Shown piece after piece: positions 1 through 10,679 of a DNA stretch of 64,000 bases. The stretch is from sequence record LC680885.1, one strand, 5' to 3'. This DNA comes from Staphylococcus phage S6. Made by a program: the position numbers and the translations under genes. Below the pieces are notes generated by a model. It worked only from the letters and a program-made list of their open reading frames with translations, searched no databases and was not told the origin of the DNA. Within the stretch, counting starts at the first letter, position 1. Each line of letters begins with the position of its first letter.

Positions 1-3000
1 CAACACCATCAACGCCATTAGCTTCTACTTGTTTACCTCCACCAATGTACATTGTAACGTGTTCTATATTATCACATAAAATAATGTCACCTGGTTTAAG
101 GTCTTTGGGACTTTTAGCTTTAATTTTCTCAAAAGGCGTATCTCCATTCCAGAATGAATGAGTAGTGGCGTTTTTATCCATATCTAAACCAGCTTTTACA
201 TAAGCTCTAGCTATCAAACTAGAACAGTCAAAAGAATTAGCTCCTTGTCTGTTAGGTTGTGAATATTTTGCACCAACCTGTTTCTTAGCCCATGCAACAG
301 CTTTATCAATTTTGGCTTTTTGACTTCCGCCACCACCACCGCCTCTTTGTATAGGTGGATTGCCTTTAATTATTCCTGTTCTACGTGAGCTTTTGTTTTT
401 TCCTGATGTAGATGAAACCATGTTAGAAAATTTACTAATATCATTTGTATCAGCTATAACTGAACCGGCTCCACCTCCACCAGCTCCTCCACCTTTTTTC
501 TTAGTAGATTTTTTACCAGAACCACTGAATTGTTTGATAAAAGCATTACCAGAAGAAATACGTGACCCTAAAGCAGGAACGCCAGCTCTTTCATATTTAC
601 TTACCCAAGAAGCAGCTGCTTGTTCTACTGTTTTAGTAGTTTTAAGGTGAGATAAGGCAGCACTTTCTGATCCACTTAATTCTTTCCATAAATAATCTAA
701 TTGTAAGTCTAAATCAGACCATTTTTTACCTTTTTCTTTAGCATATTTCATTAAACCTTGTCTACGAGTATTATCCCATTGAGCAATACCAATACCATAA
801 CCAGAAATAGCACTATTAGCTTTTGCTTCATCAAATTTGGCATCTCCTTGAACACGATCAGCTTTCATTCCAGATTCATGTGCAAAGTTACCTAAAACAC
901 CAGCAGTTTGTTCATCAGAAAGTCCTTTATCTTTAAGGAAATTCCAAATTTTCTCTGCACCTTCACCTTCAATTCCGGCTGCATCACTTCCTGAAGATGA
1001 TGCTGAACTTGATGAAGATGATCCAGAGCCAGCCATAAAACCAGCCATGATATCATTCATCATTCCTCCGAGCTTGTCAAACCAGTCTCCAATAGTGTTA
1101 ACTACTTCTCCACCTGGTTCATTTATATCTAATTTAGATTTTTTCTTTTTCTTCTTACTTAGTAGAGAATAAAAAGGAGACATACGCATCATAGTTTCTG
1201 CTAATTTCTTAGGAGCCTTTTTAAGTTTACTCATAAGATTTTTAGGCATTAATTTATTCATTTGATGACCAATTCTACCCATTACTGATAATGGTGAATT
1301 TTTCATAGCTCCGTCTACATCTTTTTTAATGTCGTCTCTAGTTTTTCCTGCTGATTCTTCTACTTGTTTCTTAGCATCTTTGTTAGCTTTATCTGACATT
1401 CCATTCATTTCAGCTATTTCTTTTTTAGCTCTATCAGATGCTTCACTTTCAATTCCTTCTTGATATGAGCTTAATTCTTCTTTACTAGCTTCAGTCATTT
1501 CTTTACTCATATTTCCCATTTCTTCTTCATGACTAGAGAATTTGTCTTTTAACCATCCCCAACCAGATTTAATTAATCCAGTTCCTCCTTGAAGAAGCAT
1601 AGAAGTCATACCAGTTAAATTACTTAAGCCTTTACCGGCTAATGCTAAAGGAGCCATCATTAACATAGAAGCACCACCGACAACTTTTTTAATCAACCCA
1701 CCAAAGCCACTTGATTTTTCTTCCATAGCCATATCAGTTTGATCTCCAAAGCTTTTAGCCATACCTGTAGTTTTCTGAACCATGTTCATACCTAAACCAA
1801 ATGCTGGTTTTACAATTGATTTATATAATCCCATTCCAGCTAATCCTAATAAAGGAGTAGAAGCTAATAAAGGATTATCTTTAATAAAACCGCCTATAAT
1901 TGAAGATTTATCTACAGAACCACCCATTTTAGTATCAACTGAAGGATCAACTGCAAAATTTTCTCCACCAGGTTGAGTTGAATCTAATTTCTCTTGTTCT
2001 TTTTTAGTTTTAGAAGGATGATCATTGAATCCAATAATGCTACCTAATGTTTTAATTGGATGTTTTAATGATTCTATAGGATGAGTTATTGTTCTAATAA
2101 TATCTGGTCCAGCTAATGCCAATGATGCAATTTGTCCAATACCAGGTATAGCATTTACTCCAACACGAGCACCTACTTTAGCTCCTGCTTTAAGTAATCC
2201 TTTACCTACAGCTTTTTTAGCACCTTTTCCAGCAGCCATTTTAGCAGCTCTAGCTTTAAGTTTTCCTTTAAGTCTACTACCTGCACCAGCCATTAAAGCA
2301 CCACTAGCAGCAAATTTGCCAGTTAAAGAACCACCCATGCTAGTTACTTTACCACCTAATTTAGTATTAGATAATTTACCTATTTTTTCTTTAACAAGAT
2401 CTTTACCTTTGTTTTTATATTTATCAAATTTTTCTTTGAGATGTTTATTACCCTCAATAAAATCTTGAGCTTCTCCTACTTTATCTGCAAAATCTTTATC
2501 ATCTGAATTGTCAGAAGATTTAGCTTGTCCATTTTCTAAAGTTTGTTCATTAGGAATAATAGTAGATCTATTATCTTCATCTTTAATATTATCATTTCTT
2601 GTATTATCAGATTTTCTACTTTGATTTGTATTAGAAGATGCTGTAGAAGTATTTTTATTTAAAGTTTGCTCTCTAGGATCTATTTCTCTAGAAACATTAT
2701 CATTAGGTTGATTTACATCACTAATTATACCACTTGAATTACTGTCACTAGAATTACTGTTATATCTTTTCTCAGGTATTTTGCTATTTATTCTAGATAC
2801 AATTTGTTTAATTTCACTTATATCTTTATTAACGATATTGAAGTTAATATTATCGTATACTGCATCTTTATTAGTGCTAAGAATACCACTTCCATTTTCA
2901 TTATTTAATTTAGAAGTAATATTTTTAGAAGTACCTTTTCTTTTATTTTCATCATTAAGAGCATTTATAGAACTACTAGATAGTTTCTTCTTAATATCTT

Positions 3001-4603
3001 TAGATTCTTTATTTAATTGCATTCTAGTTTTAGTTAAACTAGTTTTAGCTTCTTTATCATTAAATAATTTATCTAGGAGAATATTAAATGGATCATTCGG
3101 GTCATTTGATTTAACCTGATCAAGTTCATTGCTTTTATTAATATTTTTAGAAATAATTTCTTTAATCTTAGATGTAGCTTTATTTTTGTTATCTTCATTA
3201 CTGAAAAGATCAATTCCCATTTCAGAAGCTATATTTTCAAATTCTTTAGTAAAACTAGATTCTTTGATAGTTTTATTAACTTTTTCTTCTATATCATCTT
3301 TAATAGATTTAGAAGTTTTAAATGAACCTGAATCATAGTCATAATGAATTTCTTGACCATCTTCTGAAGTTAAACCAACTATTTTGGATAAATAACCAGG
3401 TATAACTGTATTAAGTGTATTATGAGTTTCCACATCAAAAGCAACTTTTTGATGTCTATCTTTTCTGTTAGCAGTTGATATACCACCAGTTACACTATCA
3501 AATATTTTGTCAATTAATTTACTTTTACCTGATTTGACATCCTCAAGAAGATCATCTCTTCTTTTGTCTCTTTTTCGTTGTTTAGTACCATCTTTATCAT
3601 CTTTACCAAAAGGATTAATTTTTTTATTGGCAAATTTACCGACTGCTTTTTCTATAAAAGTATTTTCATTATTAAGGAAATCAAAAGCTTTACCTTTAGC
3701 TACATCGACTAAACCTAAACTTTTGATACCTTGTTTTTTAGAACCAATAACTTCTTTAAGTAATTCAGTTCCTTGTTTTTTAATAAAGTCTTTAGCTTTA
3801 TCTTTGAATCCTTCTTCTTGAGATCCTTCTAATATACTTGATAAAGTTATATTAGATAAGAATAGATCTTCTAATGAATTACTATTTTTAATTTCAGATA
3901 TATTTTTAATTTTAGTATTCTGTCTAATAGCATTACTAGTTTGAATTAAACCATTTAAATTCTGGAACATACTTTCTCTAATACTATCATTAGCTTCTCT
4001 CATTAAGTTAAGATTATCAATCATAGAAGTAAAACCAGTAGTATTTATTTGAGAAAGATTAGATACAGAAGAAGTTAATAGAGCTGTAGATTTAGCAGAA
4101 GAACCGCCATCATTAATAACTGTTGTGGAAGATACTATTCTAGATTTATTATCATCTTCTTCGTCAAAGTCATCAAATTCAAAATCACCATCTAAAGAAT
4201 CATCTGTGTCAGAATCCATATCTGAAAAACTATCGTCAAAACTAAAATCTTCAAAATCACCACCGACATCCATGCCCATGTTATTGAAGTTTTTTAATGA
4301 TTCTTTATCTTGGATTGTTTCTCCAGTTTTAAATGTATTCTTAGTAGATTCTAAAGCTTCTTTAGATAAATCTTTAGTAGATTCACTTATCTTTTGTAAT
4401 TGTTTTTTCTTTTTATTCTTTAATTCTTTGACAGCCTTTAATGGATTATTCTGATCCATCATACGCTTCATGTCATTAGATTTCATTTTATTTAAATTTT
4501 TATTAAATTCAATATCTATATATTTTCTAGAAGATTTAGAGGAGGAGTTATTTCTAAACTCCTTCTCTATCTTGCTAGTGTTAAATTTCTTATCTCTAGC
4601 CAA
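1..4603 (-). CDS. Giant virion/tail-associated cell-wall hydrolase protein, paralog A (C-terminus beyond left window edge); lysozyme-like domain + C-terminal NlpC/P60 endopeptidase domain
   Basis: Minus frame open from 4603 to position 1 (no minus ORF fragments listed there; listed + ORFs 360-4454 are low-complexity antisense). TTG start at 4601-4603 with AGGAGGTGG 9 nt upstream. My reverse-complement translation shows 'GVLGNFAHESGMKADRVQGD..GYGIGIAQWDNTRRQGLMKYAKEKG' (about 560-960, phage tail lysozyme-like) and 'AKYSQPNRQGANSFDCSSLIARAY...HVTMYIGGG' (1-330, NlpC/P60 Cys/His). Shares the 'HPIESLKHPIKTLGS' block and a Gly/Ala/Lys-rich region with the downstream 1992-aa paralog. Confidence 0.6.
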   Translation of the reverse strand, partial: MARDKKFNTSKIEKEFRNNSSSKSSRKYIDIEFNKNLNKMKSNDMKRMMDQNNPLKAVKELKNKKKKQLQKISESTKDLSKEALESTKNTFKTGETIQDKESLKNFNNMGMDVGGDFEDFSFDDSFSDMDSDTDDSLDGDFEFDDFDEEDDNKSRIVSSTTVINDGGSSAKSTALLTSSVSNLSQINTTGFTSMIDNLNLMREANDSIRESMFQNLNGLIQTSNAIRQNTKIKNISEIKNSNSLEDLFLSNITLSSILEGSQEEGFKDKAKDFIKKQGTELLKEVIGSKKQGIKSLGLVDVAKGKAFDFLNNENTFIEKAVGKFANKKINPFGKDDKDGTKQRKRDKRRDDLLEDVKSGKSKLIDKIFDSVTGGISTANRKDRHQKVAFDVETHNTLNTVIPGYLSKIVGLTSEDGQEIHYDYDSGSFKTSKSIKDDIEEKVNKTIKESSFTKEFENIASEMGIDLFSNEDNKNKATSKIKEIISKNINKSNELDQVKSNDPNDPFNILLDKLFNDKEAKTSLTKTRMQLNKESKDIKKKLSSSSINALNDENKRKGTSKNITSKLNNENGSGILSTNKDAVYDNINFNIVNKDISEIKQIVSRINSKIPEKRYNSNSSDSNSSGIISDVNQPNDNVSREIDPREQTLNKNTSTASSNTNQSRKSDNTRNDNIKDEDNRSTIIPNEQTLENGQAKSSDNSDDKDFADKVGEAQDFIEGNKHLKEKFDKYKNKGKDLVKEKIGKLSNTKLGGKVTSMGGSLTGKFAASGALMAGAGSRLKGKLKARAAKMAAGKGAKKAVGKGLLKAGAKVGARVGVNAIPGIGQIASLALAGPDIIRTITHPIESLKHPIKTLGSIIGFNDHPSKTKKEQEKLDSTQPGGENFAVDPSVDTKMGGSVDKSSIIGGFIKDNPLLASTPLLGLAGMGLYKSIVKPAFGLGMNMVQKTTGMAKSFGDQTDMAMEEKSSGFGGLIKKVVGGASMLMMAPLALAGKGLSNLTGMTSMLLQGGTGLIKSGWGWLKDKFSSHEEEMGNMSKEMTEASKEELSSYQEGIESEASDRAKKEIAEMNGMSDKANKDAKKQVEESAGKTRDDIKKDVDGAMKNSPLSVMGRIGHQMNKLMPKNLMSKLKKAPKKLAETMMRMSPFYSLLSKKKKKKSKLDINEPGGEVVNTIGDWFDKLGGMMNDIMAGFMAGSGSSSSSSASSSGSDAAGIEGEGAEKIWNFLKDKGLSDEQTAGVLGNFAHESGMKADRVQGDAKFDEAKANSAISGYGIGIAQWDNTRRQGLMKYAKEKGKKWSDLDLQLDYLWKELSGSESAALSHLKTTKTVEQAAASWVSKYERAGVPALGSRISSGNAFIKQFSGSGKKSTKKKGGGAGGGGAGSVIADTNDISKFSNMVSSTSGKNKSSRRTGIIKGNPPIQRGGGGGGSQKAKIDKAVAWAKKQVGAKYSQPNRQGANSFDCSSLIARAYVKAGLDMDKNATTHSFWNGDTPFEKIKAKSPKDLKPGDIILCDNIEHVTMYIGGGKQVEANGVDGV

Positions 4604-4626
4604 TTATTAGTTCCACCTCCTGCTAT

Positions 4627-7600
4627 CTATTTCAATTCTTCTAATAAACGGTCTAATTCTTTAGTAGAAGCTAATGTATTTCTATCTATATTAGCTAACA
4701 TTCTTACTAAATCATCTGAATACCATAATTTTTCATAATCATAGGTATAACCAGAGTTACCATTTTCAATTTTAGAATTTTTATGATTGTTTACAATTTT
4801 ATTATAATGGTTAGTTACTCGGTTTTTACCTTTTATAAATTCTTTATTCACATTTTCATTATTAATGACATTACTTTGTCCATTTTGATAGTTGTTATTA
4901 ACTGTTTTAGTATTTTTACTACCTTGATTATTGACATTGTTATTACCTCTATTAATATTAGAAAAACCACTATTAGCTAATGTTGGTAATTGGAATACCG
5001 GAGGATTTCCGATATTCTTATTATTAGTTATTTGAGATCTTGATTCTTGTGGTTTAGATGGCGATGCTGAAGAATCAGAACTATCTGAAGATTCTTCATC
5101 TCCAGAATCTTCACTTCCAGATCCTGATGAACCTGATCCGGATTCAGATTTCTTCTTACCGGCTTCAGATTTTTTCTTTTCTTGTTGTTCTTGATCGATC
5201 TTTTTAGCTTCTTCATAGTCAATACCGTATATCTGAGCATAACGTTTCATTAATCTATCATTTAATTCTTCTTGCTCGTCTTCATCCATACGGTTATCAT
5301 CACGACCAGTTATTGAACCATACCAAGTACCATTTTTGAAACTATATTCTGAAGCTCCTGGACCTGATTCACTATTTCCTTCTTTATCATCTTCATCACT
5401 TTTAGAAGCAGAAGAACTAGATCCTCCTCCGCCAATAGTCTCTTTAATTGTACTTGCTAAAGCTTTCTTACCTTTACTATTCGGATGAACACCTAAACCA
5501 TCATTTTCAATCATATCAGAACTGGCTTTACTATTCCAGTCTATTACTTTTGAATCTGAACTTTCAATAGCTTTATTAGTTGCTTCAATAATATCAGAAA
5601 TATCAGATCCTTTTCTCTTTTCAGGATCTACATACGTATTAACAAAGTATACATCTGCTTTGTCATACATATCTTCTATTTCTTTAACATTACCTGTAGT
5701 TAATCCTCCATTAGTACCTAATTGCACTATAATTGCATTTTTATCTTTATTGTATTTCTTTTTGTTGGATTCTAATACATTTTTACCATTAGGCGAAGGA
5801 CCTCCACTTGAATAAGTTCTTGAAGGAACTGCATTAATTTGAATTTTACTAACTGATTTTCTTATTTCAGAAGCAGCTCCTGCACCTATGGAGTCACCTA
5901 CCATAAATACTTTATTGTAGGATTTACCTCCACCGCCTCCACCAGTTACCGTTTTAGCTATTTTTCTAATGGCTTCAGGAGTATTACTGAATGGAAATCT
6001 ATCTTTAATAAAATTATCAACTCGTTTTTTAATCTTCTTAATATTGTATATATCTGAATTGTAAATCTTAGTTTTTTCTTTTTCTGCCTTTTCTTCAGTT
6101 TTCTTCTGATTATTTTCTAATTTATTTAAAAGAGCTCTATCATTTCTTACTTCTTTAGCTCTTTGTCTTTTAGCTTCTTTGACTTCTTGTGATTTATAAC
6201 CACCGTCTACCATTTTTACAGTAGGATCAAATGCAGCTCCACCTTTTTTACCTTTTTTAGATTTTCCAGCTTTACTACCTTTGTCTTCATCACTACCGCC
6301 TTTAGAACCTTTTAAAGGAGCTTTAATCCAAGGTGATGGATCTACAGAGTTTTTCTCCATAGCCCAACCGCCTGGTTTACCTTTATTTATTTGGAAGTGA
6401 AGGTGACCTGAACCAGCAGTATTAGCACCAGTGTTACCTGAGATTGCTATAACTTGTCCAATTTTAACTTTATCGCCCTTTTTAACTAATTGTTTAGTTA
6501 AATGCATATACGTACTATAGATGTTACCAGGTGATTTAACTTGAACAATATTACCTCCACCCGGATCGGTGTTTGATCTAATAACTGTACCTTCTACCAT
6601 ACATTTAACTTTTTGACCTGGAAGCATACCTATATCAATACCATAGTGCTTTCCTCCGTTAAATGATAAACCAGAATAGTTACCATATGGTTGCCAAATC
6701 GCAGCACTTGGTATTTTTTTCATCCAAGCACCAACTGTGCCATCTGGTATTTGATTAATAGAACCAGGTACAATTTTCTTAGTATTCATATCTACTTCGC
6801 CAGCTTCACCTGAAACTTCAGGTTCACCGTCTCCACCAGAATCGCCACCACTGGAATTTTTCATTTTAGACATTGCAACAACCATTTCTTCCATTTTAAC
6901 TAAGAAACGACTGAACCAATCTCCGATTTCTCCTTTACCATATTTAGAGAAATCAATTCCGCCTTTAGCTATTTGATACAAACTACCTAGAGGTGTACTC
7001 ATGAACATATCTTTTTGAATATCTTCTTCAGCTTTTGGTCCTGATTTCATTTTATTATCAGTAATTGTTTTAAACATATCTCCACCAACTTTAGCTAGTG
7101 GGAACATAGGAGATGCTCTAAACATTAGTTTAGAAGTACTTAATATTAATCTACCTAAACCTGTTTGATCTTCAGTATGTTTTTCTTCTTTACTTTTAGC
7201 TTCATCTTCTATTTTATCACCAGGATGTTCACCAATTCCGAAGAAACTACCTAATGTTTTAATTGGATGTTTTAATGATTCTATAGGATGTTTAATAGTT
7301 TTAATGATATCAGGAGCCCACATTGCTGCACCAATTACTGGTCCAACAAATGGTATGAATGGTAAGGCTGTTTTCAAACCTGCTTTTAATGCAAATTTTC
7401 CTCCAGCTTTCATTGCACCTTTACCAAATAATTTATTTTTAGCTTTACCTATAGCACCAAAAGCTTTTCCTCCAAGTTTCTTAGCTCCACCGAATAAACC
7501 TTTACCGATAGATTTAGCTCTGTTAAAACCTTTAGAAGCAAATTTACTTATTCCTTTAGTTGCAGCTGAAGCATTCTTTTTATTAAATATTTTAGATATA

Positions 7601-10600
7601 CCACTTTTAGCTACTTTTCCTATAGTTTTACCGGCACTTAATCCTTTTTTAACTAATCCTGCACCTTTACCTATAACCATTTTACCTAAAGATTTAACAG
7701 AAGGTAATTTATCTTTAGCAAATTTTCCAATACCTTTAAATACATTACCTATTTTTTTAGGAGCACCTTTAATACCTCTAAATAATTTTCCTAATCCAAA
7801 TTTTCCAGCTATATTTTTAATTCCGCCACCTATTTTACCTAACATGCCAGGCATACTAGTAAAGAATTTACCTATTCCGCTTGGTAATAATTTAGATAAT
7901 AATTTAGGTCCAAATTTAGCAGCTAAGAATCCTCCAGCACCCAACATTGCAGCGTTACCTAAGAATCCTCCAGCAGATGCTAAGAATCCTTTCTTACCAG
8001 GTTCTAGATCTTTTTTACCATTTTTACCTTTCATTAATGAACCTAATACAGCTGCAGAAGTTCCAGCAAATAAAACTGGCCCCATTTTACTAAAATCAAG
8101 CATACCATTCATCATTTTTTTAGCACCAATGGATTTTTCAGCTTCTCCACCTTTTCCAAAGTTTATATTGCCTCTAATGGATTCAGCAATTTCTTTTTTA
8201 TTGGAACCTGTTATTTTAGACATAACATCTTCCCCAGATTTTCCTGCATCGGCAGTTGAAAGGCCTTGTTTCATTCTTTCTAAAGCTCCAGCATCTTGAG
8301 AATCTTCCATATCTTTTTTAATAGTTGGATCATTGCCAAAAGCAGTTTTAACTAAATCGATTATTGTACTCTTAGCTTTCTTTTCTTTTTCCTCTCTAGT
8401 TAAATCATCTATCGTTTTGCTTGGTTCTTTAGTGTAAGCATCTTTATTAGCTTCATTATTATTAATTGATAATTTATTTAAACCAGGAATATTCTTCATT
8501 AAATCCATTAATGGATTATTATCTATAATACTAGATTGATTTATATTCTGATAAGGATATTCATCATCTTGATCTGGTTGAGTATTTTCTTGAGTTGAAT
8601 TAACTCTACTAGATGCAGAAGAAACCATATCTTTAATAGCACTTGTAGGATTTTCTTTGTATTCTTTAGCTTTACTAACAGCATTAGAAAGACTATTTAA
8701 TTTATCCATTACAGAAGCATGAGCTTCATTATTTCCGTTATTTCCACTTAGAATAGGGAAACTTTTACCTTTATCTATGATACTATTGATCGTATTAACT
8801 TTATTATTAATAAATTCTTTATTATTATTAATATTATCATTACTGAAATTATTATCTAATTTTCTTTCTATTTCTAAGAAAATATTTTTAATTTCTTCTA
8901 AATCACTATTTTCCCAGTTAATATTACCAAAATCTTTAATCTGATTAATATTATCATTATTATTAGATCTAGAATAAGTCGAATTAGATTTATTTAAACC
9001 TTCTATTTCAGTAAATGCCATTATTCTTGAATTATCTTTTTTATCAAGTGTTTTTGAAATAGATTTCTTAATATTGAATAAATCAGTATTAAATTTAGCT
9101 GAATTCTTTTCAAACACTTCAGATAATGACTCAGTATTAACATTTATATTTTTCTGATTAACTATTTCTTTAAGTTTAGAAGTTTTTTGGATAGGTTTGT
9201 CTATTTTAGTTAATTCAGCTAAAACTTCTTTAGTTCTTTCTTCATCATTATCTAATTTAGATAATAATTCTTTACCTAAATAAGTATCTTTAAAATTAAA
9301 TAACGAATCTGATTTAATCTTATCCAAATCTTTTTTCTTAGCCGAACCTCGATTTTCCCAAACACCTTTTCGGTAATTATAGATACTACCTAATTCAGCA
9401 TTATCTGCTAATCCGCCTGAACGACCTTCTTTTTTGGCTATCAAATTACCTTGAAGTCTAGATAAGAAGTCTGGTATAACTTTATTAATAGACGTATGAG
9501 ATTCCATATCAAATTGAACAGGAGTATCTTTTTTACGTTTATTTTTTAGAGAAATTCCACCCTTACCATCACCTAATACTTCTTCTTTAAATTGATCTAA
9601 TCTACCTGAAAGAGCATTTCCTAAATTAGATATATACTTATTATCATTACCAGTTAATCTTTCTAAACCTTTAGTAAGTTTACTATCTTCATCAAGATTT
9701 CTATTAATAAGCATAGAACCTATATTTTGTGGATCAAATCTTTTATTCAATCTATTAAATATATTTTTATTATCGCCTTCAGGATCATAACCACCAATAT
9801 CACCGTAAAGAAGCTTATTAAATGCAATTTTAGCTCCTTGAGTTGCAGCAAATTCAATAGGATTTTTAGCTACACCCATTAACATTGATTTAAGTTGGTC
9901 TCCTGACATCATACCCATTAATAAATTTTCAGGATTAGTTTTCTCATCCAAATATTTTAATAAACTAATATTACCATTCAATATAGAATGTAATTTACTT
10001 TGTTTATTTCTTTTGGTATTTTCTTCCATTATTGTATTTTGATATATACCATCCTGTATTGTACTTAAATTTGATAAAGCTGAATCTACGAGACTGTTAG
10101 TTGCTTGCATTGATAAAGAATAATTATTCAGTGCAATATTTGTTCCAACAAATCCTCTTTGATTTATCTCAGCTAAATTATTCATTGCTACTAGAGGTGA
10201 ATTTGTTATTTTAGATTTCTTTTTATCTGATAAACTAACAATTTCAGATTTAGTCCCATCAGGATTATCAATATATTCTGTTACTGATTCATATTCAGGT
10301 TTTTCATTAGATAATTTTTCATTACTACTTGAAAAAAGATCATTTTCATTAGATTTATTTTTTAGTGTTTTTAATAAATCATTAGTAGAACCTTTAACTT
10401 CAGAAAATTTCTTTAATCTTCTTTCATCATTGTTGAATAATTTTAAACCTGAATCTCCCACTATAGCATCTAATGATGGATTAGATTTTATAAACGCATT
10501 AAAAAGAATACGACCAGTATTTTTAGAAGCATTTTTAATGACAGTTGATTTATTATTATTTTCTAATTGTCTAATATTCTTTTTATTTCTATTATTTTTA

Positions 10601-10605
10601 GCCAA
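4627..10605 (-). CDS. Giant virion/tail-associated protein, paralog B (tape-measure-like): peptidase M23 domain + SGNH/GDSL hydrolase domain, cationic Gly/Lys-rich central region
   Basis: 1992-aa ORF. M23 block 'HYGIDIGMLPGQKVKC..YSTYMHLTK..GNTGANTAGSGHLHFQI' (about 6370-6700). SGNH block 'VFMVGDSIGAGAA..QLGTNGG..DGLGVHPNSKG' (about 5330-5930). Long 'GKxGxxK' low-complexity segment (about 7300-8300). Coiled-coil N-terminal half. Size and position are typical of a tape-measure or tail lysin. Confidence 0.75.
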   Translation of the reverse strand: MAKNNRNKKNIRQLENNNKSTVIKNASKNTGRILFNAFIKSNPSLDAIVGDSGLKLFNNDERRLKKFSEVKGSTNDLLKTLKNKSNENDLFSSSNEKLSNEKPEYESVTEYIDNPDGTKSEIVSLSDKKKSKITNSPLVAMNNLAEINQRGFVGTNIALNNYSLSMQATNSLVDSALSNLSTIQDGIYQNTIMEENTKRNKQSKLHSILNGNISLLKYLDEKTNPENLLMGMMSGDQLKSMLMGVAKNPIEFAATQGAKIAFNKLLYGDIGGYDPEGDNKNIFNRLNKRFDPQNIGSMLINRNLDEDSKLTKGLERLTGNDNKYISNLGNALSGRLDQFKEEVLGDGKGGISLKNKRKKDTPVQFDMESHTSINKVIPDFLSRLQGNLIAKKEGRSGGLADNAELGSIYNYRKGVWENRGSAKKKDLDKIKSDSLFNFKDTYLGKELLSKLDNDEERTKEVLAELTKIDKPIQKTSKLKEIVNQKNINVNTESLSEVFEKNSAKFNTDLFNIKKSISKTLDKKDNSRIMAFTEIEGLNKSNSTYSRSNNNDNINQIKDFGNINWENSDLEEIKNIFLEIERKLDNNFSNDNINNNKEFINNKVNTINSIIDKGKSFPILSGNNGNNEAHASVMDKLNSLSNAVSKAKEYKENPTSAIKDMVSSASSRVNSTQENTQPDQDDEYPYQNINQSSIIDNNPLMDLMKNIPGLNKLSINNNEANKDAYTKEPSKTIDDLTREEKEKKAKSTIIDLVKTAFGNDPTIKKDMEDSQDAGALERMKQGLSTADAGKSGEDVMSKITGSNKKEIAESIRGNINFGKGGEAEKSIGAKKMMNGMLDFSKMGPVLFAGTSAAVLGSLMKGKNGKKDLEPGKKGFLASAGGFLGNAAMLGAGGFLAAKFGPKLLSKLLPSGIGKFFTSMPGMLGKIGGGIKNIAGKFGLGKLFRGIKGAPKKIGNVFKGIGKFAKDKLPSVKSLGKMVIGKGAGLVKKGLSAGKTIGKVAKSGISKIFNKKNASAATKGISKFASKGFNRAKSIGKGLFGGAKKLGGKAFGAIGKAKNKLFGKGAMKAGGKFALKAGLKTALPFIPFVGPVIGAAMWAPDIIKTIKHPIESLKHPIKTLGSFFGIGEHPGDKIEDEAKSKEEKHTEDQTGLGRLILSTSKLMFRASPMFPLAKVGGDMFKTITDNKMKSGPKAEEDIQKDMFMSTPLGSLYQIAKGGIDFSKYGKGEIGDWFSRFLVKMEEMVVAMSKMKNSSGGDSGGDGEPEVSGEAGEVDMNTKKIVPGSINQIPDGTVGAWMKKIPSAAIWQPYGNYSGLSFNGGKHYGIDIGMLPGQKVKCMVEGTVIRSNTDPGGGNIVQVKSPGNIYSTYMHLTKQLVKKGDKVKIGQVIAISGNTGANTAGSGHLHFQINKGKPGGWAMEKNSVDPSPWIKAPLKGSKGGSDEDKGSKAGKSKKGKKGGAAFDPTVKMVDGGYKSQEVKEAKRQRAKEVRNDRALLNKLENNQKKTEEKAEKEKTKIYNSDIYNIKKIKKRVDNFIKDRFPFSNTPEAIRKIAKTVTGGGGGGKSYNKVFMVGDSIGAGAASEIRKSVSKIQINAVPSRTYSSGGPSPNGKNVLESNKKKYNKDKNAIIVQLGTNGGLTTGNVKEIEDMYDKADVYFVNTYVDPEKRKGSDISDIIEATNKAIESSDSKVIDWNSKASSDMIENDGLGVHPNSKGKKALASTIKETIGGGGSSSSASKSDEDDKEGNSESGPGASEYSFKNGTWYGSITGRDDNRMDEDEQEELNDRLMKRYAQIYGIDYEEAKKIDQEQQEKKKSEAGKKKSESGSGSSGSGSEDSGDEESSDSSDSSASPSKPQESRSQITNNKNIGNPPVFQLPTLANSGFSNINRGNNNVNNQGSKNTKTVNNNYQNGQSNVINNENVNKEFIKGKNRVTNHYNKIVNNHKNSKIENGNSGYTYDYEKLWYSDDLVRMLANIDRNTLASTKELDRLLEELK

Positions 10606-10679
10606 ACTTCAAATTCACCCCTAACATGATTTTCTTAATACATATATGTTTCTATCAGATTCATATAGATTAAATTAAA

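Noticed and set aside
360-4454. Six plus-strand ORFs in the supplied track (360-650, 1782-1976, 2781-3119, 3129-3338, 3507-3821, 4125-4454)
   Set aside because: All are low-complexity Leu/Ser/Pro-rich translations antisense to a continuous minus-strand reading frame that has recognisable lysozyme-like and NlpC/P60 motifs. No RBS contexts.
7304-8299. 331-aa plus-strand ORF inside the giant gene
   Set aside because: Pro/Ala/Leu-rich shadow of the GGN/AAR-rich sense strand (Gly/Lys repeat). Antisense artefact.
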